A stretch of 40,141 bases of DNA from Deltaproteobacteria bacterium (GTDB lineage Bacteria; Myxococcota_A; Polyangia; Polyangiales; Houyiibacteriaceae): contig JAXMNT010000062.1 of assembly GCA_034670305.1 (NCBI GenBank), positions 1 through 40,141 of the forward strand. The letters run 5' to 3'. The notes below the pieces were generated by a model. That model was not told the DNA's origin. It worked only from the letters and a program-made list of their open reading frames with translations, and did not search any database. The position numbers and the translations under genes are program-made. Shown piece by piece: positions 1-9,876 of the stretch; within the stretch, counting starts at the first letter, position 1; the number at the start of each line of letters is the position of its first letter.

Positions 1-121
1 CTGGGCATCGCGCTCCGATTCGCGCCTCGCCGTCGCGAAACACACGGCGTCCACGACGCGGGCAAGGGCACGGGCAAGGGCAACGGCAAGGGAGCAGGTC
101 GCTTTTCAGCGACCTGCTAGG
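1..121 (-). repeat. Partial copy of hairpin-ended repeat element, exact reverse complement of 40016-40136
   Basis: Base-by-base match to the reverse complement of 40016-40136. Contains a (GGCAAG)n tract at ~60-92, a perfect 11-bp hairpin AGCAGGTCGCT-TTTC-AGCGACCTGCT (93-118) and CTAG at 117-120. Confidence 0.95.
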
Positions 122-138
122 GCCGCCTGTCCGGTGGT

Positions 139-480
139 TCAGCTGCCGCGGTAGGTCGAGAAGCCGAAGGGGCTGATCAGGAGCGGCACGTGGTAGTGCT
201 CGTCGGTGGCGCGGATCTCGAAGAGCACGGGCACTTCCGGGTAGAAGCCCGGGGTGCCCTGGGTCTCGTGGTAGGCGCCGACGAAGAAGGTGATGCGGTA
301 GGTGCCGGTCTGCAGGCTGCCAGGCGCGAGCAAGTCCGCGACCCGGCCATCGTCGTTGGTGACGCCATCGCTCAACACTTCGAACGTGCCTTCGTTCAGG
401 TGCTCCAGCGTGATGCGGACCCCAGCGGCGGGGCCTCCTTTGGCGGTGTCCAGCACATGCGTCGTGATCGGGCTCTTCAT
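139..480 (-). CDS. uraH: 5-hydroxyisourate hydrolase (transthyretin-like)
   Basis: N-terminal ITTHVLDT and C-terminal HYHVPLLISPFGFSTYRGS signatures. Last gene of the alc-uraD operon. Confidence 0.96.
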   Translation of the reverse strand: MKSPITTHVLDTAKGGPAAGVRITLEHLNEGTFEVLSDGVTNDDGRVADLLAPGSLQTGTYRITFFVGAYHETQGTPGFYPEVPVLFEIRATDEHYHVPLLISPFGFSTYRGS

Positions 481-508
481 CCCCTGTCTCTACACGACGG
501 GTGCGGCG

Positions 509-1060
509 TCAGTCGAGGTCGAGTTTGGCCAGCCGCAGCTTGGTGATCTTCGCCTGCTCGCCCGCGGCGATCGCAAGCTCTGCGTCCGGGTCGTTGTGCA
601 TGCGGGCCTGAAGCAGCGCCAACATCTCCGCGGCGGTCTTGCCGGAAGCGCACACGATGAAGATGTGTCCGAACCTCTTCTCGTACGCGACGTTGCCATC
701 GCGAAGCGCCATGAGCGTCTCTTCCGCCGCCTCCGCCACACCCGACTGCTCGCCTTCGCTCCAGTCCTTCGACTGCGCCTCGACGTGCGCGAACTTCTCG
801 CGCAGCGCTTTCAGATCACCGCCGATCCGGGGATGGTGCGAGAACGCTTCGAGCACATCGTCGCGTCCGAGCGACTGCCAGATCCGCTCGGCCGCCACGA
901 GCAACGAGAGCCCATTCGAGAACGGACGCGCGTCGACCATCGCTTCGACCCAGCGCTTCGCGCCGCAACACGCCGCGAGCGCCACGGTGGCTTGTTCCCG
1001 CGGCGCTCGGTTCAATGCGTCGACGACCGATGCCGGAAGATCGACCGGAACCTCGGTCAC
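509..1060 (-). CDS. uraD: OHCU decarboxylase
   Basis: C-terminal part of ORF 509-1912. Motifs ACC...W, EAFSHHPRIG, SEGEQSG, YEKRFGHIFIVCASGK, EQAKIT. GTG start at 1060 overlaps the alc stop (GTGA). Confidence 0.93.
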   Translation of the reverse strand: MTEVPVDLPASVVDALNRAPREQATVALAACCGAKRWVEAMVDARPFSNGLSLLVAAERIWQSLGRDDVLEAFSHHPRIGGDLKALREKFAHVEAQSKDWSEGEQSGVAEAAEETLMALRDGNVAYEKRFGHIFIVCASGKTAAEMLALLQARMHNDPDAELAIAAGEQAKITKLRLAKLDLD

Positions 1061-2082
1061 GCGAGCGATCCCCACGCGCGAAGCCGGCTGATGCCTCCGT
1101 CCGGGTAGATGAAGAGGCGCAGGTGGGTGAACGGGCCGCGCTCGCTCAGTTCCTTCGAGTAGAAGTGGCGCGCGTGGGCGGACAACTTCGTCTCTGGCAT
1201 CACCGGTCGCCACGCTTCGCTCACGAGCAGGTCGGTGATGCGGGCGGACGGATCCGCGTCGATCCCCATCAGCGAGAACCGGTCCGCGTAGTTGCCCTTG
1301 AAGTGGTTCGTGTCGATCTCGAGCAGCGACACCGAACCTCGTCCACCGAGCCGGAGCAGGATCCAGTCGCTCTCCGCGAGGAAGGTCGGGCTGCGTCGCC
1401 GCCGGGTCTCCCAGCCGCCGCCCATGTTCACCGAACGGCCGGGTGCGATGAGGTTGTTCATCGGGCCGAAGAACATGTCGGAGCACGCGAGCGCGAGGCC
1501 ACCGTTCTTCACCGCCGCGAGATCCAGCGCGCCTTCGTCTCCAAGGTGGTCGAGCGTTTCTTCGTCGGGCGGATCGGCGCGCTCTTCGTCCGGCACGACG
1601 TCCCCGTAGACGCGCAGCCGAGCGACGCCGCCGTCCGGGTAGATGTGCAGCCGCACGAACGCGTAGCTCGCGGAGTCCTGCACCGCGAAGAGGTTCTGCG
1701 ACCCGGGGCGCAGCGGCACCTGCGGCAACACCTCGGTCCAGGGACCGTCTTCGCTGGCCGACGCTTCGAGAGACGCGAAGGGCGCGTGGTTGCCGAGGAA
1801 GTGGTTGGTGTCGATGTCGAGGCCGCGGATGACGCCGGCCGACCCGAGCGCGATGGTGCACTGGTCGTGTCCCGGCACGCGCTTGCGCCGGCTCTCCCAG
1901 CCATCCATCCACTTGCCGCGGTCGGTGTACTCGTCGGGCAAGAACACGCCTCGGCCCGGCTCGAGCATGCGGTGGGCTTCCGCGAAGTACTCGTCGTTCA
2001 CCTCGAGGACGCGGCCCCCGAGCGCCGCCGCCGCCAAGTCGATCAAGCCCGTGAACGCTGCTGCCCCGTCGTCGTGTTTCAT
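1057..2082 (-). CDS. alc: Allantoicase
   Basis: Two allantoicase repeats (DGWESRRKR/GGWETRRRR, IDTNHFLGN/IDTNHFKGN, IYPDGGVARLR/IYPDGGISRLR). ATG at 2082 chosen as start. Confidence 0.95.
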   Translation of the reverse strand: MKHDDGAAAFTGLIDLAAAALGGRVLEVNDEYFAEAHRMLEPGRGVFLPDEYTDRGKWMDGWESRRKRVPGHDQCTIALGSAGVIRGLDIDTNHFLGNHAPFASLEASASEDGPWTEVLPQVPLRPGSQNLFAVQDSASYAFVRLHIYPDGGVARLRVYGDVVPDEERADPPDEETLDHLGDEGALDLAAVKNGGLALACSDMFFGPMNNLIAPGRSVNMGGGWETRRRRSPTFLAESDWILLRLGGRGSVSLLEIDTNHFKGNYADRFSLMGIDADPSARITDLLVSEAWRPVMPETKLSAHARHFYSKELSERGPFTHLRLFIYPDGGISRLRAWGSLA

Positions 2083-2158
2083 CGAGCGTGGCCTACCACG
2101 TCCGTGCGCAGATCCAACGCGCGGGAACCTTCCGCGCCGACGACCGTAGAGTGGACCG

Positions 2159-3211
2159 ATGATCAGCCCCGCTCGACCCACGCTCGGAATGCTGTGTGTG
2201 CTCTTCGCGTGCTCCGGCTCCGACTCACCGGAGCCGCCGCCGGAACCGCCGACCGCCCCTCCGGCGCAGGCGCCCGCGCGATCGGACGACGAGCCAGCGA
2301 CCACTCCGCCCGACCCGCCGGTCGAGCTCCAAATCGCCCCCGCGGAGCGCGGCTTCTCGTTTGTGGATCCCTGCTATCCGGGTCGCGGCGCGACGCCCGC
2401 CGAGGCGCTTCGCAATTGTCGGCGCGTGGGCCGCACCGGTCGGCCGGTCGACCGTCAACGATGCAGCGTCTGTGTGCCGGGCCACGTCGTGACCGTCGGG
2501 CCCGACGATCCGATCGCGATGTACCACGGGTGTTGCGGTGCCTCCGGCGCGACCCCCGAAGCCGCGTACGCCGAGTGCGCGCGCCGGCACGGGCTCGGCT
2601 GGTGCGACGAAGTCGAAACCACGGTGGCGCCCGTCCTCGGTCCCTACACCCGGCACCGCCTCTACGGCGAGTTCGACCACGAGCGTTACCGCTTCCTGGA
2701 CGCCAACGGCTGGTGGGTGGACGAGACGGGAGAAGCACCCTGCTTCCCCGCGGGCACCCTCGTCTCGCTGAGCCGGGGCGAGGTTCCGATCGAGGAGGTT
2801 CGGGTGGGGGACGTGGTGCGCACGCTCGACCCAGAAGACCCGGAGTCCGAGTTCGGACCCGAGGTGCGCGCCGAGGTGCTGGGGCTCAAGACCCAGACGG
2901 CGCCCGAGCTCCTCGTGGTGCGGTGGCGGCTGGGGCCTGGTGGGTGTGAGGCCGCGGAGGCGCGAACGTCGCGGTGTCGCGCCGAACATGTGCTCCGCGT
3001 CACGCCCCTTCACCCAATCTGGAGCGACGGCGCGTGGCGCCCTGCGTCCACGCTCGAAGTCGGCGGTTCGTTGACCACGCTCGACGGCGCCGCGACCATT
3101 TCGTCCGTCACCCTCGAGCAACTCGAGCAGGGCGGCGTGTCGGTCTACACGTTGCAGGTCGCGGGCCCCCACACGTTCCTCGCGGGCGACGTGCTCGTGC
3201 ACAACTACTGA
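2159..3211 (+). CDS. Exported (probable lipoprotein) Cys-rich protein with C-terminal Hint / intein-like domain
   Basis: Lipobox-like LFAC and a Pro-rich linker, then a Cys-rich region. Hint domain from 2741: CFPAGTLV...VTPLHPI...VYTLQV...HTFLAGDVLVHN-Y-stop. Start may be 2189. Confidence 0.88.
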   Translation: MISPARPTLGMLCVLFACSGSDSPEPPPEPPTAPPAQAPARSDDEPATTPPDPPVELQIAPAERGFSFVDPCYPGRGATPAEALRNCRRVGRTGRPVDRQRCSVCVPGHVVTVGPDDPIAMYHGCCGASGATPEAAYAECARRHGLGWCDEVETTVAPVLGPYTRHRLYGEFDHERYRFLDANGWWVDETGEAPCFPAGTLVSLSRGEVPIEEVRVGDVVRTLDPEDPESEFGPEVRAEVLGLKTQTAPELLVVRWRLGPGGCEAAEARTSRCRAEHVLRVTPLHPIWSDGAWRPASTLEVGGSLTTLDGAATISSVTLEQLEQGGVSVYTLQVAGPHTFLAGDVLVHNY

Positions 3212-3274
3212 TCGGTCCAGCGAGGGATCCAACCCGCCAACGACACGCCCTCTACGGCGGTGTAGGCTGCGCGG

Positions 3275-5353
3275 GTGCGGGGGTTGGGACTTGGGGCTTG
3301 GCGGAGCGCAGCGTTGCTGGTCGCAGGGCTGGCATGCGCGTCGTGCCAATCCGACGTCGGACCGACGCAGGTCACCGTGGTCTTCGACGCCGAAGGTGCG
3401 CTCCGATCGGCCGCGGCGCTGTCGATCGTCGTTCGTGGGGGCGAGGGCGCACCCACCGAGGAGCGGCACGTGCAGACGGTGGTCGCGCCACGCTTTCCGC
3501 TTCGACTCGCGCTGGTGCCGCTCGGGGGAGATGCGCGGCGGCGCTACGCCATCGAAGCCGAACTCGAGGACGGTTCCGGTGCCCGCCTGGCACGCCTGGT
3601 GGCCCGCAGCGGTTACGTCGACGGGGACCACCGTGAACTGCGGCTCGTCTTCACCGAATGCTGTGCTGCGCAGAACTGCGATGACACGCTGACGTGCCGG
3701 GACTGTGCCTGCGCGGATCCGGAGATCGATCCCCGGGACCTGCTGCCCGGGTCCGACGCGGGCGTGGACGCGGGCATGGACGCAGGTCCCACCGACGCGG
3801 GCACGACCGACGCCGGTGCGGACGTCGACATCGTGCTCGATGCGGGCGACGGATGCCTCGCGCCGCCCCGCCCGCTCTTTCCGCGCAACGGCGCACGTTC
3901 GCGCTCCACCACCGTCTCGTTCGGATGGACCGATGCCCCGTGCGGCGCAGAGGTCGAGTTCGCCTACGCCACGGGTGGCTGCCCGCCCGGAAGTCCCGTC
4001 GCCAACTGCGTCCCCAGCGGACCAACGGCCAACCGCATCCTCACCCCTGGCGTCTACCGAACTTCGGTGCCGGCCGGTCGCGTCTTCTGGCGGGTTCGCA
4101 CGTGTCTGGACACCATGTGCGGCGCGTGGTCTCCGACCCGATACCTCGAGTCGGGGCGCGCGACGTGCGACTTCGACGGCGACGGTCGGTCGGACATCGC
4201 GATCGGCGCGCCGCTCCAGGACACGCCAACGGACTCCGGCCGGGTCTATGTATGGGACAGCTCGGCGATCGATGGCTGCGACATGGACTGCCCGACCAGT
4301 GCGGCGGCCCTCCTGACCGCCGGCACCCTCCAAGGCGGCGCGCAGTTCGGTGCATCGCTGGCATGCGCCGATCTGGACGCGGATGGCTACGACGAGCTGA
4401 TCGTCTCGGAACCGTTCCGAGACGGAACGACCGACGACGAAGGCGCCATCCACGTGATCTCTGGCAGCAATGCCGGACTCAGGCCGGAGGAGACGACGGC
4501 CCCGATCACCCCGAGCTCCCTCAGTGACCCGGTCGTCTCCGCGCAGTTCGGTACGGAAGTCGGCAGCGCTGGCGACTTGAACGGCGACGGCATCGAAGAC
4601 CTCGTCGTCTCCGCGCCCGCGGCGTTCGGTGGGGTCGGCGTGGTCTACTTGCTGGCGGGGCAGCTCGCGCCCGTGCCCTTGCGCCGCATCACGCGCCTCG
4701 ACGGAGTGGTCCGCGGGTTCGGCCAGGCCGTGGCGGGCATTGGCGACCTCGATGCGGACGGTTTCGGCGACGTCGGCGTCAACGACCGTGGCCAGCTCAT
4801 GGTCGTCCAAGGAAGCCCTGAAACGCCAACGACTCGAACCGTGCCGATCCCGGGGACGCCAGCGACCATTGCAATCGCGGTCGGCGACGTCGACGGGGAT
4901 GGCTTCGACGACGTCGTTCTCTCCGTGGTCGCGTCGGACACGTTCCATGTCTGGCGACCCGCCGGCACGATGGGCACCACGATGGACTCCGTGACTCAGG
5001 GCGGCGCGCTCTTCGGAGCCATCGCGGTGGGCGACTTCCTCGAGACCGGACCGGACGACGTGCTCGTCGGGGCACCCATCCAGGAGCGGACCTTCCTCTT
5101 CTCGGGCAACGTCGGCGACGTGCCCACCTTCTCTTCCTTGGCGATGGGCACGGTGGGGACCGATGCCGGCTCCTCGGTGGCCCTCTTGGCGGTTGGCGGC
5201 GGCGGAGTCCAAGTCTTGATCGGGGCCCCCGACGTCGGTGGTTCCAACGCGGTGGTCGAGCGGCGGCACATGGGCGGACTGCTCCAGCGCTACACGCCGG
5301 CGGGCGCAGAGGTCATGGGCCTCGGCTCGAGCATCGGGAGGGGCCTACGATGA
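3275..5353 (+). CDS. FG-GAP (integrin-alpha-like beta-propeller) repeat lipoprotein
   Basis: Signal/lipobox, Cys-rich segment and DAG linker. Multiple DFDGDGRSD/DLDADGYDE/DLNGDGIED/DVDGDGFDD loops with FG and GAP motifs. GTG start uncertain. Confidence 0.88.
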   Translation: MRGLGLGAWRSAALLVAGLACASCQSDVGPTQVTVVFDAEGALRSAAALSIVVRGGEGAPTEERHVQTVVAPRFPLRLALVPLGGDARRRYAIEAELEDGSGARLARLVARSGYVDGDHRELRLVFTECCAAQNCDDTLTCRDCACADPEIDPRDLLPGSDAGVDAGMDAGPTDAGTTDAGADVDIVLDAGDGCLAPPRPLFPRNGARSRSTTVSFGWTDAPCGAEVEFAYATGGCPPGSPVANCVPSGPTANRILTPGVYRTSVPAGRVFWRVRTCLDTMCGAWSPTRYLESGRATCDFDGDGRSDIAIGAPLQDTPTDSGRVYVWDSSAIDGCDMDCPTSAAALLTAGTLQGGAQFGASLACADLDADGYDELIVSEPFRDGTTDDEGAIHVISGSNAGLRPEETTAPITPSSLSDPVVSAQFGTEVGSAGDLNGDGIEDLVVSAPAAFGGVGVVYLLAGQLAPVPLRRITRLDGVVRGFGQAVAGIGDLDADGFGDVGVNDRGQLMVVQGSPETPTTRTVPIPGTPATIAIAVGDVDGDGFDDVVLSVVASDTFHVWRPAGTMGTTMDSVTQGGALFGAIAVGDFLETGPDDVLVGAPIQERTFLFSGNVGDVPTFSSLAMGTVGTDAGSSVALLAVGGGGVQVLIGAPDVGGSNAVVERRHMGGLLQRYTPAGAEVMGLGSSIGRGLR

Positions 5354-5922
5354 GGGCGTTTCGATCCAACTGCGCTTGGCGGCTGATCTTCGCAGTCGGA
5401 GTCTGTCTGGCAGCGATGGGCGCGCCGCTCGAGGCGCACGCCCAGGCGGAAGCCCCAGGCGACGAAGAGGCGCGCGCGCTCTTTCGCGCCGGTCGCGCGG
5501 CGTTCGACGAAGGCCGCTACGAAGCGGCGCTCGAACGTTTCGAGCAGTCGTATGCACTGAGCGAACGGCCGGCCTTGCTCTACAACATCGGACAGGCGGC
5601 GGACCGGCTGCGCCACGACGACCGGGCGGTCGACGCGTTCGAGCGGTACCTCGCGGAGACCGAACCCGACGCACCGAACCGGACGGCGGTGGAAGCGCGC
5701 TTGGTGGTGCTTCGGCGCCAACTGGAAGCCGAGCGCATTCTTGCGCCCCCGCCGGCCCGTCGCGGACTGCGGGTTGGGCTCGGCATCGCGGCCGCGGTCG
5801 TCGTGGTCGGCGCCGTGCTCACCGCCGTGCTGCTCACGCGCGATCCGAAACAGCGGGCCACGGTGCCGGGCGATCCAGAGATCGGGGTCGGCGGCATCGT
5901 CGAGACCCTTCGGCGCCGCTGA
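5350..5922 (+). CDS. Secreted tetratricopeptide-repeat protein with C-terminal TM helix
   Basis: Signal peptide ending AHA, then ARALFRAGRAAFDEGRYEAA...LLYNIGQA...AFERYL, then a hydrophobic C-terminal helix. ATGA overlap with the upstream gene. Confidence 0.85.
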   Translation: MRAFRSNCAWRLIFAVGVCLAAMGAPLEAHAQAEAPGDEEARALFRAGRAAFDEGRYEAALERFEQSYALSERPALLYNIGQAADRLRHDDRAVDAFERYLAETEPDAPNRTAVEARLVVLRRQLEAERILAPPPARRGLRVGLGIAAAVVVVGAVLTAVLLTRDPKQRATVPGDPEIGVGGIVETLRRR

Positions 5923-5999
5923 CGCGCACGCGGGCATGACCGGGACACTGGGATCGGCGGGATCGGCGAGACCCTCGGCCGCCGACGCGCACGCGGGCA
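5884..5999 (+). repeat. Imperfect tandem duplication (~50 bp) spanning the TPR gene stop
   Basis: 5884-5936 ggggtcggcggcatcgtcgagacccttcggcgccgctgacgcgcacgcgggca versus 5950-5999 gggatcggcgggatcggcgagaccctcggccgccgacgcgcacgcgggca. Confidence 0.8.
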
Positions 6000-6018
6000 C
6001 CGTGCCGCGACCCGGCGT

Positions 6019-6633
<615 letters not shown>

Positions 6634-6744
6634 GGCTGCCCTGTACCACGGTTCGCGAAATGGAAAACCTGCGGGTGCACGATCCCCACCCACCCGGACC
6701 GAAACGCAGTGGACGGGAAACCATTTGCACCCACACTGCCCTGC

Positions 6745-8178
6745 GTGGCCCGCAACATCCTCCTCGGCTTGGCCCTGCTCGTGCTTCTCGGCGCCGGCCT
6801 CTTGGTCTTCTGGGCGCTGAACCGCGACGTCTACGGCGACGAGATCGCGGTCTTCTCGCGGCATCGCTTGCAGGCGACGACCGACAACGATCGGCCGCGC
6901 GAGATCCGGCTCTTGAATCAGCGCGGCGAAGAGGTCTGGCACCTCGTGGCCGCGTACGACACGGACCACGACGACTCGATGGTCGTCGCGCGCACCTCGG
7001 TCGACGACGTGCACGTCGTGCACGCGTACGATCTCGAAGCCGACCGACCGCTCTGGGAGAGCGAACCCATCCGGACGCAGCATGGGTACGCCGACAACAC
7101 CCAGCTGTGGCTGCAGACCATGGTGCTCGACCTTCACACCGGACCGGAGCCGTTCCTGCGTGCGCTCGACCGGGAAGACGGGCAGACGCTCTGGCGGGTG
7201 CCACTGCCCGAACCGCATCGGGAAGGCATCGTGTTGAAGGTGAAGGTGATCGACGACGTGGTGTTCGCGATCGGCGGATGGGAAGAGGATGGCTTCGCGA
7301 TCCGCATCGAGCGAGATGGCGCCGTGACGCGCTTCCCCAGCCAGTCCGCGTGCTTCAGCCACAGCGCGCTGTACACGCTCTCGGATGGCGCGCTGTTCGC
7401 TCAGCCGCTGAGCCCGCCGGATGAGGATGGGGTCGACGAGCATGGGGAGCCGCTTGTGGGGGCCGAAGCAGAAGCCGACGCCGAAGCAGAAGCAGAAGCC
7501 GAAGCCGAAGCCGAAGCCGACTCCGAAGCCGAAGCCGAAGCAGAAGCCGACTCCGACTCCGAAGCCGACTCCGAAGCCGACTCCGAAGCCGACTCCGACT
7601 CCGACTCCGAAGCCGACTCCGAAGCCGACTCCGAAGCCGACTCCGACTCCGAGGCCGAAGCCGACTCCGATGCCGACTCCGAAGCCGACGCCGACTCCGG
7701 GGCCGACGCCGATGCCGACTCCGATGCCGAGGGCGACGCCGAACCCGAACCGGCCCCGACCGACGGCCGGCTCGCGACGCTCTCTTCTGGGTCGCTGCGG
7801 TGCGACATGTGGGGGCGCATCGACGTCGTTCGGTGGGCGGCGGCGGAGACCGCGGAGTTGGAACGGCGGGAGCGCCGCGGTCCGGCGGACTACGAGGCCG
7901 ATTTTCATCCGCTCGAGCCGCCGTACAGCCAGGCGACGGGCTCGGCCATCTTCGGTTTCGGCGAAGCGGCGTGGGGGGTTGGCTCCGATTGGGGTTCGGT
8001 GCGCTTCGGCGACGGACAGGTCGATGGGTTCGGAGCGGACTCGAACGGTCGCGCCTCGTTCTCTCGTTTCGAAGTGCGGCGGTTCATCGGGGAAGAGGTC
8101 GGCTACGACGACGCACCGAAGACCCGGCATTGGCTCTCGCTGCGCGACGGAACCGTCGAGCCCCGACCGGAACCGTAG
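6745..8178 (+). CDS. Membrane-anchored protein with PQQ-like beta-propeller segments and internal acidic (EA/DS) tract
   Basis: N-terminal TM helix. [14 protein letters not shown] and [14 protein letters not shown] resemble PQQ-like repeats. Acidic tract at 7462-7752. Start uncertain. Confidence 0.7.
   Translation: MARNILLGLALLVLLGAGLLVFWALNRDVYGDEIAVFSRHRLQATTDNDRPREIRLLNQRGEEVWHLVAAYDTDHDDSMVVARTSVDDVHVVHAYDLEADRPLWESEPIRTQHGYADNTQLWLQTMVLDLHTGPEPFLRALDREDGQTLWRVPLPEPHREGIVLKVKVIDDVVFAIGGWEEDGFAIRIERDGAVTRFPSQSACFSHSALYTLSDGALFAQPLSPPDEDGVDEHGEPLVGAEAEADAEAEAEAEAEAEADSEAEAEAEADSDSEADSEADSEADSDSDSEADSEADSEADSDSEAEADSDADSEADADSGADADADSDAEGDAEPEPAPTDGRLATLSSGSLRCDMWGRIDVVRWAAAETAELERRERRGPADYEADFHPLEPPYSQATGSAIFGFGEAAWGVGSDWGSVRFGDGQVDGFGADSNGRASFSRFEVRRFIGEEVGYDDAPKTRHWLSLRDGTVEPRPEP
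7462..7752 (+). repeat. Hexamer array (GAAGCC/GACTCC/GACGCC)n inside CDS
   Basis: Directly visible. Encodes about 97 aa of AEAEADS-type sequence. Confidence 0.95.
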
Positions 8179-8185
8179 ACTCCGA

Positions 8186-9226
8186 TCAGCGAGTGACGAA
8201 CGCCGCGGCCGTCGGCACCGACGTGGCAGGTCGACCGAGCGACCGCATCAGCCGCGCCGCGGGATCGCGGGCGTGTTCGAACAGGTGCTGGTCCACGACC
8301 GCGGGCGCCTGGTTGGCCGCCTCCAGAAACCCCCGCAGCGACGCGGGCACCAGCTCGGCGCCAAAGAGCAGGCTCACGTGCGCCGCGCCGACGTTCGGCG
8401 CCTGCCGCAACGCCTCCGACCACTGCGGCACGACCGCGTCGTCGAAGAGCCGCCGAGCGGTGTCTCCGTGCACGAGCTCCACGCCGTGCAGACGCGCCGC
8501 CCGCGCGATGCCAGCCGCGGCCGCCGCCAGCGCCTCGAGTTCGAGGTTGGCCAGCAACGCAGGCGCGAACCAGGTTGGTAGCGGCGTCGGCGTCTCGGTC
8601 TCGCCCCGCAGCGCGTCCCATGCGCGGCCGATCTGAAGCCGGGTGCCCGAGCACACGTGGCGGTCGCCAGTGAGCCACGGACGTTCGTCGAGCCACTCGA
8701 AGAGCACTTCTTGGGGCGGGGTCGGATCGTCGGCGTCGAGGTGTGCTTCGAGCAACATCGCCGCGCACAGATCGCTGAACCCAAGGCTCGTCTTGTAGAG
8801 CGCCGCGGCGAGGACCGGCACCGGGTTCGGTTCGCCGTCCGCCGAAGCGGTGCTGTGGGCCAGCGCGGTACTGGCTTCGGGAATCGCAGTGGCGTCGGCG
8901 TCGATGCGGAGCGCCATCAGCGGCGCCAGCCGCACCCCGGCGCTGACCCGGCGGAACGTTCGGCCCATCGAGTCGGGCGCCTCGGGCGCGACCGACTGCA
9001 GCATCGCAAGCACCTGCGACCACACCCCCTGAAGCTGCCGAAGTGCGCCGAGGTTGCTGGGCAGACCCGACCGGTCGCGGCTGTCGCCGTAGATGCGCAC
9101 CGCTTCGTCGAGCGGCAGCGTCTGGTAGTGCGGGCTCGCCTGCTCTCCGAGCGGGCGGCCGTCTTCGTCCAAGCAGCTCTGGTGGCCCGGGCCGAGCAAC
9201 CAAGCGACGACGTCGTCCGCGTTCAC
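8186..9226 (-). CDS. Hypothetical protein
   Basis: Protein-like part of ORF 8186-9367 beginning [14 protein letters not shown] at 9226 overlaps the upstream stop (GTGA). Confidence 0.75.
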   Translation of the reverse strand: MNADDVVAWLLGPGHQSCLDEDGRPLGEQASPHYQTLPLDEAVRIYGDSRDRSGLPSNLGALRQLQGVWSQVLAMLQSVAPEAPDSMGRTFRRVSAGVRLAPLMALRIDADATAIPEASTALAHSTASADGEPNPVPVLAAALYKTSLGFSDLCAAMLLEAHLDADDPTPPQEVLFEWLDERPWLTGDRHVCSGTRLQIGRAWDALRGETETPTPLPTWFAPALLANLELEALAAAAAGIARAARLHGVELVHGDTARRLFDDAVVPQWSEALRQAPNVGAAHVSLLFGAELVPASLRGFLEAANQAPAVVDQHLFEHARDPAARLMRSLGRPATSVPTAAAFVTR

Positions 9227-9735
9227 CCGGGAAGCGTGACCTGAACCTGGCCGCGCAGCGACTCGAGTTGCGCCAGCCCAGCCCGCGCGCCCTCGGGGGC
9301 TTGGACCATGCCGAGCGGCGCGGTGCGCAGCGCGATGGTCACGTCGCCCGAGACCGACTGCGGCCACGCTGGCGCAGCGAAGGTGCCGTAAGCGACCTCT
9401 TCGTGGGCCGGGAGCGCGACGGTGCGGCGAAGGCGAAACCCTGCGCGGCTGCGGCGCATGAACGCGATCTCCGGAGACTGCAGCGCGACCTCTTCGGCTT
9501 CGCCGACCTGGGCGTAGACGCGGATGGCGTTGGCGAGGATCTCGATGCTGCGCTCGGCCCGGAGGTGGAGCGTCACGCTGAGCTGCGGCAGATGGACCTG
9601 CCAGCGCGGCCGAAGCACGAGATCGTCCGCCCGTGCCACCCCAGCGTCCATCGCCGCCAAGGGCGCCAACGCCAGCCCGAGCAGCCCGCCGCCCATCGCC
9701 GCCCCAAAACCCCGCCTCGAGATGCCGTCCGTCAT
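9223..9735 (-). CDS. Hypothetical protein with twin-arginine (Tat) signal peptide
   Basis: MTDGISRRGFGAAMGGGLLGLALAPL...ARA-DD. Coupled to the downstream gene. Confidence 0.75.
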   Translation of the reverse strand: MTDGISRRGFGAAMGGGLLGLALAPLAAMDAGVARADDLVLRPRWQVHLPQLSVTLHLRAERSIEILANAIRVYAQVGEAEEVALQSPEIAFMRRSRAGFRLRRTVALPAHEEVAYGTFAAPAWPQSVSGDVTIALRTAPLGMVQAPEGARAGLAQLESLRGQVQVTLPG

Positions 9736-9797
9736 GTCCAACACCCTAAGGCAAACGGCGTGACCCGAACGTTCGAGTTCTGTAAATGCCGCGCCGA

Positions 9798-9876
9798 GCC
9801 GCTTCCGGTTCCGCTTCCGCTTCCGTTTCCGCTGGCTTCCGCTTCCGCTTCTGCGACCGCGACCGCTTCCGCTTCT
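9798..9876 (-). repeat. Hexamer array (GAAGCG)n immediately after the acyl-CoA dehydrogenase stop
   Basis: (ttccgc)n on the + strand, abutting the stop codon at 9875-9877. Confidence 0.9.

Noticed and set aside
2741-3211. Mobile intein or polymorphic toxin
   Set aside because: There is no homing endonuclease, no C-extein nucleophile, no toxin domain and no immunity gene after the HN motif.
2225-5269. Very long antisense/overlapping ORFs (e.g. 2225-5269, 17034-20333, 15967-18552, 27606-29369)
   Set aside because: They are shadow ORFs opposite or overlapping well-supported genes, Arg/Ala/Gly-rich and without motifs, as expected from high GC3.
7401-8581. ORFs encoding (PK/PT)n, (SA/SE)n or (GF/GV)n polymers over the hexamer arrays (also at 15792-16909, 33029-34552, 35795-36556)
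   Set aside because: These are alternative-frame or antisense readings of stop-free hexamer repeats in high-GC DNA, and their flanking sequence is not protein-like.
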